A stretch of DNA of 64,000 nt from Alphaproteobacteria bacterium (GTDB lineage: Bacteria; Pseudomonadota; Alphaproteobacteria; JAAXGF01): contig CAUVXB020000002.1 of the NCBI GenBank assembly GCA_963555825.3, forward strand, positions 2,528,001 through 2,592,000, given 5' to 3'. Position numbers and translations under genes: made by a program. A model generated the notes under the pieces. That model saw only the letters and a list, made by a program, of their open reading frames with translations. It had not been told where the DNA came from and made no database searches. The stretch's first letter is position 1; every line of letters begins with the position of its first letter. Shown here in pieces: positions 1-10,700 of this stretch.

Positions 1-1286
1 CGCTCCCAGTCGGTCAGCGCGCGGCCGAAGCTGGCCCACTCCTGGAGCTTGAGCTTGACGTAGCTCGATACCAGCTCGTCGCCCAGGCCCGCGCGCACCA
101 CCTTCGACTTGTCCAACAGGCGGATCGCGTCCAGGAGGTTGAGCGGCAGCCGCTTGATGCGCTTGATGCGGTGGCCCTCCTCGTACATGTTGACGTCGAG
201 GCGCCGGCCCGGATCGCGCTTGTTCGCGATACCGTCGAGCCCGGCGGCGAACACCGCCGCCTGCATCAGATAGGGGTTGGCGGCGCCGTCCATCAGGCGC
301 AGCTCGAAGCGGCCCGGATCGGGCACGCGCACCATATGGGTGCGGTTGTTGCCCGAATAGCTGACCGCGTTTGGCGCCCAGGTGGCGCCCGACAGGGTCA
401 CCGTGCCGTTGATCCGCTTGTAGCTGTTGACCGTCGGGTTGAAGATCGCGGTCAGCGCCTCGGCCGAGTGCATGACGCCGCCGAGGAAGTCGTAGGCGAG
501 CTTCGAGAGGCCCAGCTCGTCGCGCTTGCCCTCGAACAGATTGGTGCGCCCCGTCTTGTTCCATAGCGAGACATGGGCGTGGCAGCCGTTGCCCGTCAGG
601 TTGGCGAACGGCTTGGGCATGAAGGTCGCGCGCAGGCCGTGCTTCTCGGCGATCGCCTTGGCCATGAACTTGAAGAACACGTGGCGGTCGGCGGTGAGCA
701 GACAGTCGTCGTAGTCCCAGTTCATCTCGAACTGGCCGTTGGCGTCCTCGTGGTCGTTCTGATAGGGGTTCCAGCCCAGCGCCAGCATCGAATCGCAGAT
801 CTCGGTGATGACGTCGTAGCGGCGCATCAAGGCGCTCTGGTCGTAGCACGGCTTCTCCTGGGTGTCGTGCGGGTCCGAGAGCGCGTCGCCGTCGGGCGTG
901 ATCAGGAAGTATTCGCACTCGACGCCGGTCTTCATGCGCCAACCCTTTTCGGCGGCGCGCGCGATCTGGCGCTTGAGCGCGACGCGAGGGCACTGCTCGA
1001 CCTCCTTGCCGTCCATCCACAGGTCGCCGGCCAGCCAGCCGACCTCGGGCTTCCACGGCAGCTGGATCAGGCTCGACGGATCGGGCACCGAGAACATGTC
1101 CGGATGCGCCGGCGTCATGTCGAGCCAGCTCGCGAAACCGGCGAAACCCGCGCCGTCGCGCTGCATGCCGCCGATCGCGCGCGCCGGCACCAGCTTGGCG
1201 CGCAGCGCGCCGAACAGGTCGACGAAGCTGATCAGGAAATATTTGATCTTTCTGTCCTTGGCGACCTTTGCCAGATCAACCGCCAT
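1..1286 (-). CDS. glnT: Type III glutamine synthetase / gamma-glutamylmethylamide synthetase (runs off left edge)
   Basis: Manual minus-strand translation from ATG 1286 (RBS GGGGAGG): MAVDLAKVAKDRKIKYFLISFVDLFGALRAKLVP...GFAGFA...KTGVECEYF...DHEDANGQFEMNW...FMPKPF...NGCHAH...NNRTHMVR; lies downstream of the mgd genes. Confidence 0.9.
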   Translation of the reverse strand, partial: MAVDLAKVAKDRKIKYFLISFVDLFGALRAKLVPARAIGGMQRDGAGFAGFASWLDMTPAHPDMFSVPDPSSLIQLPWKPEVGWLAGDLWMDGKEVEQCPRVALKRQIARAAEKGWRMKTGVECEYFLITPDGDALSDPHDTQEKPCYDQSALMRRYDVITEICDSMLALGWNPYQNDHEDANGQFEMNWDYDDCLLTADRHVFFKFMAKAIAEKHGLRATFMPKPFANLTGNGCHAHVSLWNKTGRTNLFEGKRDELGLSKLAYDFLGGVMHSAEALTAIFNPTVNSYKRINGTVTLSGATWAPNAVSYSGNNRTHMVRVPDPGRFELRLMDGAANPYLMQAAVFAAGLDGIANKRDPGRRLDVNMYEEGHRIKRIKRLPLNLLDAIRLLDKSKVVRAGLGDELVSSYVKLKLQEWASFGRALTDWE

Positions 1287-1378
1287 CGTTGCCTCCCCTG
1301 TGAATGTCGTTGCTATTGAGTGTCAATCATGACTCGCGATACGCGTCAACCATGCCGCTCGCCCTTGCCGGCCCGCGT

Positions 1379-2008
1379 TCAATCTTGCGGCCCGCGGCCA
1401 TAGACGATGACCGAAAGGAAGTTGATCGGCAGGGCGTCGAGCGTTTCCGGCCCGTGCGGTACGTTGGCCTCGAAGAACAGCGAATCGCCCGGCGTCATGG
1501 CGTAGACCTTGTCGCCGTGGCGGTAGCCCATCTTGCCCTCGATCATCAGCAGGAACTCGCTGCCGGCGTGCTGGAAATAGGGAAACACGTCGGATTCGTC
1601 GGTCAGCGTGATCATGTAGGGCTCGACCGCGATCGCCTTGTCGCGCGAATGGCCCAAGAGCCGGTACTGGTGGCCGTTGCGCGTGCCGCGGCGCTCGAGC
1701 GCAAGGCCCTCGCCGCGGCGCACGAAGGTCGCCTCGCGGCGCTCCTCGTATTCCTGGAAGAATGCCGTGACCGGCACGTTGAGCGCCGTCGACAAGGCCT
1801 TGAGCGTCGACAGCGACGGCGAGGTCAGGCCGTTCTCGATCTTCGACAGCATGCCCGACGACAGGCCGGCGAGGCCGGCGAGATCGGTCACCGTGATGTC
1901 GAGCCGCTTGCGCAGCGCGCGCACCTTGCGGCCGATCGCCGCTTCGAGGTCGTTGTCGCGGTCGCCGGCGAGCGAATGAGGGTCTTGAAAGTCGGTCGTC
2001 GTCGCCAT
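1379..2008 (-). CDS. XRE-family HTH regulator with C-terminal cupin
   Basis: IGRKVRALR..LSSGMLSKIENGLTSPSL HTH; QHAGSEF..GDSLFFEANVPHGP cupin. Confidence 0.9.
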   Translation of the reverse strand: MATTTDFQDPHSLAGDRDNDLEAAIGRKVRALRKRLDITVTDLAGLAGLSSGMLSKIENGLTSPSLSTLKALSTALNVPVTAFFQEYEERREATFVRRGEGLALERRGTRNGHQYRLLGHSRDKAIAVEPYMITLTDESDVFPYFQHAGSEFLLMIEGKMGYRHGDKVYAMTPGDSLFFEANVPHGPETLDALPINFLSVIVYGRGPQD

Positions 2009-2024
2009 TACCGCCGCCCCACCG

Positions 2025-2735
2025 TCAGCCGATTTCCGCGAGGCGCCGGATCGCGCCGAGGCCTACGGGTAAGCCGTCGAATTCGTCCATCGCGTCGCGC
2101 AGGCTCGCCCACATGTAGCTCGCCGATGCACTGTCGGTCAGCAGGTAATAGGCGAGCGTCTCGCCGGCATCGGCGCGCAGCACGATCGCGTTGAGCCGGG
2201 CGATCGAGGTCTGTGCGATGGCGCCGTCGCCGAACTTGTGCGGGCGCAGGTCGACACCGCACAGCTTGGCGAGCATCTCGGCCGCGTGGCGGCCCACAAG
2301 CGCGAACCAGCAGTTGGTGTCGGCGCGCGGCACCGGATAGGTCATCGGGTCGGGCTCGGGCGACCACTCGCCGGCGAGCCGGTCGAACAAGCTGCTCTCG
2401 GCGCCGAGATCGCCGAGCAGCAGCACCTCGGTCGGCGCCAGGCGCGCGGCGCGGGCGCCATCCGCTTGCCGCTCGGTCATGTTGTCGTCGGTGCTCACCA
2501 CGACGCCGTGCTCGGTCAGCCAGCCGATCGTGTTGCGGCCCTTGAAGCCGCGCCGCGGCAGCGCCGACAGGTCCGCGATCGCGAGGTCCCGCGCCTGCGC
2601 GGTCTCGGCCTCGACGTCGCGGCCGCAGGTCATCGCGCAGGCCGTGCCGTTGATTTCGGCGAACTCGGCGTCAAGCTTGACCAGCTCGCGGTAGAGGAAG
2701 CTGCGGCGCTTCAACTCGGGCGGTGCGACGCTCAC
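2025..2735 (-). CDS. mgdD: N-methylglutamate dehydrogenase subunit D (sarcosine oxidase gamma-like)
   Basis: GTG start at 2735 right after the alpha-subunit stop; ADLSALPRRGFKG, LAKLCGVDLR, AQTSIAR motifs; operon position. Confidence 0.8.
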   Translation of the reverse strand: MSVAPPELKRRSFLYRELVKLDAEFAEINGTACAMTCGRDVEAETAQARDLAIADLSALPRRGFKGRNTIGWLTEHGVVVSTDDNMTERQADGARAARLAPTEVLLLGDLGAESSLFDRLAGEWSPEPDPMTYPVPRADTNCWFALVGRHAAEMLAKLCGVDLRPHKFGDGAIAQTSIARLNAIVLRADAGETLAYYLLTDSASASYMWASLRDAMDEFDGLPVGLGAIRRLAEIG

Positions 2736-2736
2736 G

Positions 2737-5661
2737 TCAAATCTCCTGGCGCTTGCCGTCGGGGTCGTAGAACGGCAGCGGCACGACCTCGGCGTCGACC
2801 ATCCGCCCGTCGTCGACCCGGATCTGGAAATGCGAACCGATCTCGGCCTGATCGGGCGCCACATAGGCGAGCCCGATGACCTTGTCGAGCGTCGGCGATT
2901 CGACGCAGGAGGTGACCCGGCCGGTGATGTCGCCGGCGCGGATCACCAGATGGCATTCCTTGGGCACCGGCGGCTTCTCGGCGCCCTCGCGCGTTACCAG
3001 GGTGAAGCCGGCCAGCTTGCGCGTGATGCCGTTGGCCAGCCCGATCGCGACCGAGCGCATGCCGACGTAATAGGGCTTCTTGCGCGCGATCGCCCAGGCC
3101 ATGTCGGCCTCGTGCGGGTGGGTCAGCCCGTCGGTGTCCTGGCCGATGATGATGTGGCCCTTCTCGAGCCGCAAGAGGCGCTGGGCCTCGACGCCGAAGG
3201 GCCGAATGCCGGCGTCCTTGCCGGCCGCCATCATGGTGTCCCACAGCGCCTCGCCCTGGCTCGCCGGGACATGTACTTCGTAGCCCAGCTCGCCGACGAA
3301 GCCGACGCGCATCAGCCGCGCCGGAATGCCGGCGACGTGCCCGGTGCGCACGCCCATATAGGGAAACGCCGCGGCGCCGAGATCGACGTCGTCGCACAGC
3401 CTGGCAAGCACGGCGCGCGAGCGCGGCCCGGCGATATTGACGCCGGCATAGGCCCCGGTGACGTTGGTGATGTCGACATCGAGCCGCCATTGGGCGTTGT
3501 TGAACAGCATCGCCTGGTAGACGCCCTGCGCGCCGCCGGTCGTCGCCGTGACGTAGAAGTGCCGCTCGTGCAGCCGGCAGGCGACGCCATCGTCGCTGAT
3601 CACGCCCGACATGTCGGTCATCAGCACATAACGCCCGCGGCCTACCGGCTGCTTGAGATAGGCGAAGGTGTAGACGCGGTTCATGAATTCGGCGGCGTCG
3701 GGGCCGCGGATCTCGATGCCGCCCAGCGTCGAGACGTCGATCAGCCCAACGTTGTTGCGCACGTTGACCGCCTCGGCGCGGCTGTTCTCCTCGCGCGTGC
3801 CGCCGGCGCGGTAGACCGCCGGCCGGAGCCACATGCCGGCGGGCATCATCTCGGCGCCGAGCTCGATGTGGCGCCAATGCATCGCCGTGTAGCGGACCGG
3901 CTCGAACGCGCGACCGGCGAGATGGCCGAAGGATTCGGCCGCGAACGGCGGGCGCGAGGTGGTGGTGCCGGTCTCGTCGACCGTGCGCCCGGTCGCGCGC
4001 GCCGCGAGGCGCACCGAGGTGAGCGACGAGTGACGCCCCTGCGACGGCCCCATGCCGACCGTCGAGAAGCGTTTGACCAGCTCGATGTTGTCGTAGCCCT
4101 CGGCGATCGCGTTCAAGATGTCCGCAATCTGCAGGTCTTCGTCGAAATCGACGAATTCCTTGCCTTCCGGATGCGCGAAGATGGGCCAGGGATGGCTTTG
4201 GCCGACCGTCCCCTTGGCCGATTTGACGGCCGGTTTGCGGCCGACCGCGAGGCCGGCGTCCTTGGCCGCCTGCCAGCCGGCCAGGCGGCCGTCCTCGACC
4301 GCGGCGGCCAGCGCATAGGCGCCGTTCACCGAGCCGGCGGCGAACAGATGCGCGGGCAGCGCGCCGAGCGCGAACATGGCGCTCTCGGTGTCGTAGCCGA
4401 CGCGCACGCCGGCGTGGCTCGCCAGGTTCGCGGTCGGATGGTAGCCGGTCGACATGCAGATCAGGTCGCAGGCGAAGCGGTCGGCGGTCGCGGCGAAGCT
4501 GCCCTCGCCGGTGATGCGCGCGACCCGTGCGCCGGTGACGCCGGTCATGCCGGGCGCCGCGACCGCCTCGGCGATGGTCGTGTTGCGCAGCACCGGGATG
4601 CCGCGCTCGACCACCGCGGTGGCGCGTTCGCTGGCGCCCGGCGCGGCGCGCAGGTCGACGACGCAGGCGACGTCGACACCGGCATCGGACAGATCGAGCG
4701 CAACGCCATAGCCATCGCCGTTGGCGGTCGCAACCACGGCGCGCTCACCCGGCTTGACGCCCCACAGCTTGATCAGGCGCTGCGCCGCCGAGCCGAGCAT
4801 GACGCCCGGCAGGTCGTTGTTGTGGAACACCATCGGCTGCTCGTAGGAACCCGCTGCGAGCACGACCGACTTGGCGCGCAGCTTGTACATGCGGTTGCCG
4901 CGGATGATCGGCAGCCAGTTGTCGCTGAACCAGCCGTTGCACACCGCGTCGCACATGACGCGGATGGTGCCGGCACCGCCGACCGCGGCGGCCAGTTGGG
5001 CGCGCAGCTTGCCGGCGCGCGTCCCTTCGGCGTCGAAGCGGGCGTAGTTGAGCGATCCGCCGAGCTCGGCATTCTCCTCGACCAGGATGACGTCGGCGCC
5101 GCTCTTGGCGGCCTCGAGCGCCGCCGCCATGCCGGCCGGGCCACCGCCGACGACGGCGACGTCGCAGAACAGGTACTGCTTGTCGTAGTAGCCATGGGGC
5201 GTCTCGAGGTCGACCGTGCCGAGGCCGGCGAGGCGGCGGATGACGCGCTCCCACATCGGCCAGGCGAAACGCGGCCTGTAGAACGCCTTGTAGTAGAAGC
5301 CGACCGGCAGGAAGCGGGCCAGGCGGCCGATCAGCGCGCCGCGGTCCTTGTCGAGGCCGCCGAAGACGTTGACCGCCCGCGCCGCGAGCCCCGGCGTGAC
5401 GCGGTGTCGGTCGGCCAGGACGTTGGGGTCGTCGCCGACCTGGACGATCGTGTTGGCGTCCTGCCCGCAGGCCGACAGAATGCCGCGCGGCCGGTGGTAT
5501 TTGAACGAGCGCGACAGGGTAGTGACGCCGTTGGCGGCCAAGGCGCTGGCGATGGTGTCGCCAGCGAATCCGGTGTAGGCGGTCCCCTCGAACGTGAATG
5601 AGACCGGCTCCTCGTGGTCGATCAGCAGGCCCGCCGGGGCGTCGAGGCGGCTCGATCTCAT
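2737..5661 (-). CDS. mgdC: N-methylglutamate dehydrogenase subunit C (sarcosine oxidase alpha-like)
   Basis: GDTIASAL, SRSFKYHRPRG, VGGGPAG, GMGPSQGRH, and a GcvT-like folate domain (GFVGELGYE, LRLEKGH). Confidence 0.88.
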   Translation of the reverse strand: MRSSRLDAPAGLLIDHEEPVSFTFEGTAYTGFAGDTIASALAANGVTTLSRSFKYHRPRGILSACGQDANTIVQVGDDPNVLADRHRVTPGLAARAVNVFGGLDKDRGALIGRLARFLPVGFYYKAFYRPRFAWPMWERVIRRLAGLGTVDLETPHGYYDKQYLFCDVAVVGGGPAGMAAALEAAKSGADVILVEENAELGGSLNYARFDAEGTRAGKLRAQLAAAVGGAGTIRVMCDAVCNGWFSDNWLPIIRGNRMYKLRAKSVVLAAGSYEQPMVFHNNDLPGVMLGSAAQRLIKLWGVKPGERAVVATANGDGYGVALDLSDAGVDVACVVDLRAAPGASERATAVVERGIPVLRNTTIAEAVAAPGMTGVTGARVARITGEGSFAATADRFACDLICMSTGYHPTANLASHAGVRVGYDTESAMFALGALPAHLFAAGSVNGAYALAAAVEDGRLAGWQAAKDAGLAVGRKPAVKSAKGTVGQSHPWPIFAHPEGKEFVDFDEDLQIADILNAIAEGYDNIELVKRFSTVGMGPSQGRHSSLTSVRLAARATGRTVDETGTTTSRPPFAAESFGHLAGRAFEPVRYTAMHWRHIELGAEMMPAGMWLRPAVYRAGGTREENSRAEAVNVRNNVGLIDVSTLGGIEIRGPDAAEFMNRVYTFAYLKQPVGRGRYVLMTDMSGVISDDGVACRLHERHFYVTATTGGAQGVYQAMLFNNAQWRLDVDITNVTGAYAGVNIAGPRSRAVLARLCDDVDLGAAAFPYMGVRTGHVAGIPARLMRVGFVGELGYEVHVPASQGEALWDTMMAAGKDAGIRPFGVEAQRLLRLEKGHIIIGQDTDGLTHPHEADMAWAIARKKPYYVGMRSVAIGLANGITRKLAGFTLVTREGAEKPPVPKECHLVIRAGDITGRVTSCVESPTLDKVIGLAYVAPDQAEIGSHFQIRVDDGRMVDAEVVPLPFYDPDGKRQEI

Positions 5662-5978
5662 GATGTCTTTTTACCGTCGTCGGCCGTCGGCGCGGGCGGC
5701 GGCGCGAAATCCATGCGTTCGGTAAACACCTTGCTCGCCGGATAGGTGCGCTGAACTTCGTCGGTCACCGTGTTGCGCTCGGCGATGAACCAGAAGGCGG
5801 TCGGCACGTGGCACCACCACTCGCGCACGACGCCAGCGGTGTTGTTCTCGAAGAAGACGAACTCGGCCCATTCGGCCTGGCTGCAGCCGTGCGGGTCGGG
5901 ATGGGCGACGACCTCGCCGCCGAAGACGAACTCCGAGATGTTGCGCGGGCCGTTGAGCGGGCAGTTCATGAGTTTCAT
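5658..5978 (-). CDS. mgdB: N-methylglutamate dehydrogenase subunit B (sarcosine oxidase delta-like)
   Basis: MKLMNCPLNGPRNISEF..EWWCH..ERNTVTDEV; ATGA overlap with next gene. Confidence 0.85.
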   Translation of the reverse strand: MKLMNCPLNGPRNISEFVFGGEVVAHPDPHGCSQAEWAEFVFFENNTAGVVREWWCHVPTAFWFIAERNTVTDEVQRTYPASKVFTERMDFAPPPAPTADDGKKTS

Positions 5979-5992
5979 GGCGAGGACCCAGG

Positions 5993-7234
5993 CTAGTGGC
6001 CGACCGAGGCCGCGCCTTTTTCGCCGACCAGCTTGAACTCGTTGAAGCGCGACAGGCGGAAGGGCTCGATCAGGTCGGGCACCTTGCCGGTGGCGATCAA
6101 TTCGGCCATGCGGTTGCCGACCACCGGCGTCGCCTTGAAGCCCCAGGTGCCCCAGCCCGAATCGATGTAGTAGTTCTCGACCGGCGTCTCACCCATGATC
6201 GGGCTGAAGTCGGGCGTCATGTCGGCCATGCCGGCCCACTGGCGCAACAGCTTGACCTTGGAGAGGAACGGGAACAGCTCGAGTATATGCGCCATCAGCC
6301 CTTCCTTGAACTCGAGGCTCGAGCGCGTCGAGTACAGCGGATAGGGATCGGTCGCGCCGCCCATCACCAGCTCGCCGCGCGGCGACTGCGAGATGTAGAC
6401 GTGCAGGCTGCCCGACACCACGATGGCATCGAGGAACGGCTTCAACGGCTGCGAGACGCAGGCTTGCAGCGGGATGGTGCGGATCGGCACGGTGAAGCCG
6501 GCCATCTTGGTCAGCAGCGAGGTCGAGCCCGCGACCATCTGCACCGCCGTACCGCAGGTGATCGTGCCGCGGTCGGTGACGACGCCGTTGAGCCGGCCGT
6601 TCTCGATCAGCAGCCCGGTGACCGCGGTCTTCTGGTGGATCTCGACGCCGCGCCGGCTGGCGACGCCGCCATAGCCCCAGGCGACCGCGTCGTGGCGCGC
6701 GATCGAGCCGGGCGCGTGGTAGAGCGCGCCGAGGATCGGATAACGCGCGTCGCGCGACATGTTGAGCTGGGGCACCAGCTTGGCGACCTCGTCGGCCAGC
6801 ACGAGTTCGCTATCGACGCCCATATGCTTGTTGACCTCGGCCCGCCAGCGCATCGTACGCAGCGCCGCGTCGGTATGCGCGAGCGTAAAGTGGCCGCGCT
6901 CGGAATACATGATGTTGTAGTCGAATTCCTGGCTCAGTTTCCGATAGAGCTGGACCGATTCGTCATAGAAGGCGACGCCTTCGGGCGTCAGGTAGTTGGA
7001 GCGGATGATCGCCGTGTTGCGTCCGGTGTTGCCGCCGCCAATGTAGCCCTTCTCGAGCACCACGACGTTGGTGATGCCGTGGTGCTTGGCGAGGTAGTAG
7101 GCGGTCGCCAGGCCATGGCCGCCGCCGCCGATGATGACGACGTCGTAAGACGGCCTGAGCTCGCCCGGCGCGGCGAAGTGCCGCTTGGCCGGGTGTCCCT
7201 TCGAGAAACCGTATTTCAATAAGCCGAACGGCAT
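5993..7234 (-). CDS. mgdA: N-methylglutamate dehydrogenase subunit A (sarcosine oxidase beta-like, FAD)
   Basis: Start MPFGLLKYG at 7234; IIGGGGHG, GNTGRNTAIIRSNY, ARHDAVAWG, GWGTWGFKATP. Confidence 0.88.
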   Translation of the reverse strand: MPFGLLKYGFSKGHPAKRHFAAPGELRPSYDVVIIGGGGHGLATAYYLAKHHGITNVVVLEKGYIGGGNTGRNTAIIRSNYLTPEGVAFYDESVQLYRKLSQEFDYNIMYSERGHFTLAHTDAALRTMRWRAEVNKHMGVDSELVLADEVAKLVPQLNMSRDARYPILGALYHAPGSIARHDAVAWGYGGVASRRGVEIHQKTAVTGLLIENGRLNGVVTDRGTITCGTAVQMVAGSTSLLTKMAGFTVPIRTIPLQACVSQPLKPFLDAIVVSGSLHVYISQSPRGELVMGGATDPYPLYSTRSSLEFKEGLMAHILELFPFLSKVKLLRQWAGMADMTPDFSPIMGETPVENYYIDSGWGTWGFKATPVVGNRMAELIATGKVPDLIEPFRLSRFNEFKLVGEKGAASVGH

Positions 7235-7317
7235 GGCGCGGCGCTCTCTCTCCCCGACGGTTCGGTCGTTTCGGCACGGCTCTAGGCCGGCCTCGACGGA
7301 CCGTACCGAAGCTAACG

Positions 7318-7364
7318 CAATGTTTACTCTGAGGCAATATTCGTTCATAGAGTTCAGAACATTG
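7318..7364. promoter_or_regulatory. Candidate operator upstream of mgdA
   Basis: AT-rich imperfect inverted repeat CAATGTT-T-ACTCT...AGAGT-TCAG-AACATTG ~85 bp upstream of the mgdA start. Confidence 0.35.
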
Positions 7365-7737
7365 GTCGCGCAAATTGCCCCCTGCACGCCGCGCCGCTGT
7401 ACAATCGTCGGCGATGGCCCAGCCCGGCTTTCTCACCAAGGACAGGTGCGGCACGGCGGATATCGGACGACAGGCTAGGAAAAGCGTGCGGCGCGATGCT
7501 TGCGCATCGGGCAAGCGCTTTGACGCGGCCTGTCGTCCGAGATCCGCCGCCCTTCGGGTCGCGCCGCCCGGGCCGCCCGCGGCGTCGAAGACCTTGCGCG
7601 TAGCCCAGGCTACGCTCCGCGGCCATCTCCTGGCGGATCGGCGACCGCCCGACGCGATGACGCGCCTGTCCTTGGTGAGAAATCCAGGCTAGTATTTGTC
7701 GGGCGGCACTGGCGGTCGGTCGAGGGAGGATCGTGTC

Positions 7738-10700
7738 ATGACGTCACGCGCGAAAGACCTCAACGACGAACTCATCGAGACCATTGTCAGGCAGCTGCAC
7801 GACCGCGCGCCGCGCGCCGGCGCCGATCAGCTCGAGCGCTTCGTACGCGGCTACTATGACGGCGTCGCGCCCGAGGACCTGATCGGTTTCACCGCCGACA
7901 ATCTATACGGTGAAGCGTGCTGGATGTTCCGCTTCGCGCAGAAGCGCGCGCCCAACACGCCCAACATCCGCGTCTACAACCCGCACCACGAAGAGCACGG
8001 CTGGCAGTCGACACGCACGATCGTCGAGATCGTCAACGACGACATGCCCTTCCTGGTCGATTCGGTGGCCGCCGACCTGAACCGGCACGACCTGACGGTT
8101 CACCTGCTGATCCACCCGATTCTTCGGGTGCGTCGCGACGACAAGGGCCGACTGCTCGACGTGCTCGACCCGAACGACGACGCCGAGGATGCGGCGATTG
8201 AGTCGGTGTTGCACGTCGAGGTCAATCAGCAAACCGCGCAAACCGCGCTGGACGCCCTTCGCGAAAGCCTGGAACGCGTGCTCGGCGACGTGCGCGGCAC
8301 GGTCGAGGACTTCCAGCCGATGCGGGCCAAGATCGACGAGATCATCGCCGAGGTCGAGACCAGCCCGCCGACGCTCGCCGAAGGCGATGTCGCCGAGGGC
8401 AAGGCATTCCTCGAATGGGTGCGCGACGACAACTTCATCCTTCTGGGCATTCGCGACTACACGGTCGATCACGTCGAGAGCGAGGATTTCCTGCGCATCG
8501 TACCGGACTCGGGCCTCGGCATCCTGCGCCACACGCTGCCCGCATCGATCGAGCGCAGCAATCAGGCGCTGAGCGAAGACGTCAACGCGTTCACCCGGCG
8601 CAAGCGCCTGTTGTTCATCACCAAGGCCAACACGCGCTCGACGGTGCACCGGCCGGTCTACATGGACTTCGTCGGCGTCAGGACGTTCGACAAGAAGGGC
8701 GAGGTCACCGGCCAGCACCGTATCCTCGGTCTGTTCACCTCGACCGCCTACAATCGCAATCCGCGCGACATCCCGCTGCTGCGCCACAAGGTCAACAAAG
8801 TGCTGGCGCGCTCGCCATTCCCGAACAACAGCCATAACGGCAAGGCGCTGCTCAACATTCTCGAGACCTATCCGCGCGACGAGCTGTTCCAGATCCGCGA
8901 GCGCGAACTCTACGACGTCGCCCACGGCATCCTGCATCTCGAGGAACGCCAGCGCATTCGCCTGTTCATCCGGCGCGACGACTACGCGCGCTTCTTCTCC
9001 TGCCTCATCTATGTGCCGCGCGAGCGCTACAACACGGTGCTGCGCGAGCGCATGAAGGCGGTCCTGCTGCGCTCGCTGAAGGGCGCGAGCGCCGAATTCA
9101 CCGCGCAGGTCTCCGAAGCGGTGATGGCGCGGCTCCACTTCATCGTGCAGACCCCCGATCATGTGGCGCACGACTACGACGTCGAACACATCGAGGAGCT
9201 GCTCGTCAAAGCCGCGCGGCAGTGGATCGACGATCTGCGCGACGCCTGCGTCGACCACTGGGGCGAAGGCCATGGCATGGAGGTCTACAACCGCTATGAC
9301 GAGGCCTTCCCGGCGGCCTACCGCGACGACTTCAACGCCCAGACCGCCGTCTTCGACATCGACAAGATAGACGCGCTCGACGGCCCCGGCGCGATGGCGA
9401 TGAACCTCTATAACCGCATCGACGCCGCCGACGGCGTGCTCAACTTCAAGGTCTACCACCCCGGCAATCCGGTGCCGCTCTCGGACATCCTGCCGGTGCT
9501 CGAGAACATGGGGCTCAAGGTGATCGAGGAGACGCCCTACCGGGTGGGGCCCGCGGGTGACGAAGACGGCTTCTGGATCCACGACTTCAGCATGATCAGC
9601 CGGCGCGCGCTCGAGATCGATGTCGCCGAGACCAGGGAGGTGTTCCAGGATGCCTTCGCCAAGTCCTGGTATCACGAGGCCGAGGACGACGGCTTCAACG
9701 AGCTGGTGCTGTGCGCGGGCCTGACCTGGCGCGAGGTGACGGTGCTGCGCGCCTATTGCAAATACCTGCGCCAGGCGGCGATCACCTTCAGCGACCGCTA
9801 CATGGAGACGACGCTGACCGACAACGCGCCGATCGCGCGCATGCTGGTCGAGCTGTTCGTCGCGCGCTTCGACCCCGACGGCGAAAAGGGCCGGGACAAA
9901 CGTGTCAAGGAGCTGGAAAGCCGCATCGCCGAGGGGCTCGATGCGGTCGCCAATCTCGACGAGGACCGCATCCTCCGGCGCTTCCTCAATCTCGTTCAGG
10001 CGACGCTCAGAACCAACTATTTCCAGACCGGCGCCGACGGCGGGCCCAAGCCGTCGCTCGCGTTCAAGCTCGATTCGAAGGTCATCGAGGAGCTGCCGCT
10101 GCCGCGCCCCTGGGTCGATATCTTCCTGTTCTCGCCGCGCGTCGAGGCGGTGCATCTGCGCGGCGGCCCGGTTGCGCGCGGCGGCCTGCGCTGGTCGGAC
10201 CGGCGCGAGGATTTCCGCACCGAGATCCTCGGCCTGATGAAGGCACAGCAGGTCAAGAACGCGGTCATCGTGCCGCTCGGCTCGAAGGGCGGCTTCGTGG
10301 TCAAGCGCCCGCCACAGTCGGGTGGCCGCGAGGCGCAGCTGGAGGAAGGCATCGCGTGTTACAAGACGATGATCGCCGGCATGCTCGACATCACCGACAA
10401 TCTTGTCGCGGGCGCGGTCGTGGCGCCCGACCGGGTGGTGCGCTACGACGGCGACGACCCCTACCTGGTGGTCGCCGCCGACAAGGGCACGGCGACGTTC
10501 TCGGACATCGCCAACGGCATCGCCATCGACTACGGCCACTGGCTGGGCGACGCCTTCGCGAGCGGCGGCTCGGCCGGCTACGACCACAAGGGCATGGGCA
10601 TCACCGCGCGCGGCGCCTGGGAATCGGTCAAGCGCCACTTCCGCGAGATGGGCGTCGACTGCCAGACCATCGACTTCACCTGCATCGGCATCGGCGACAT

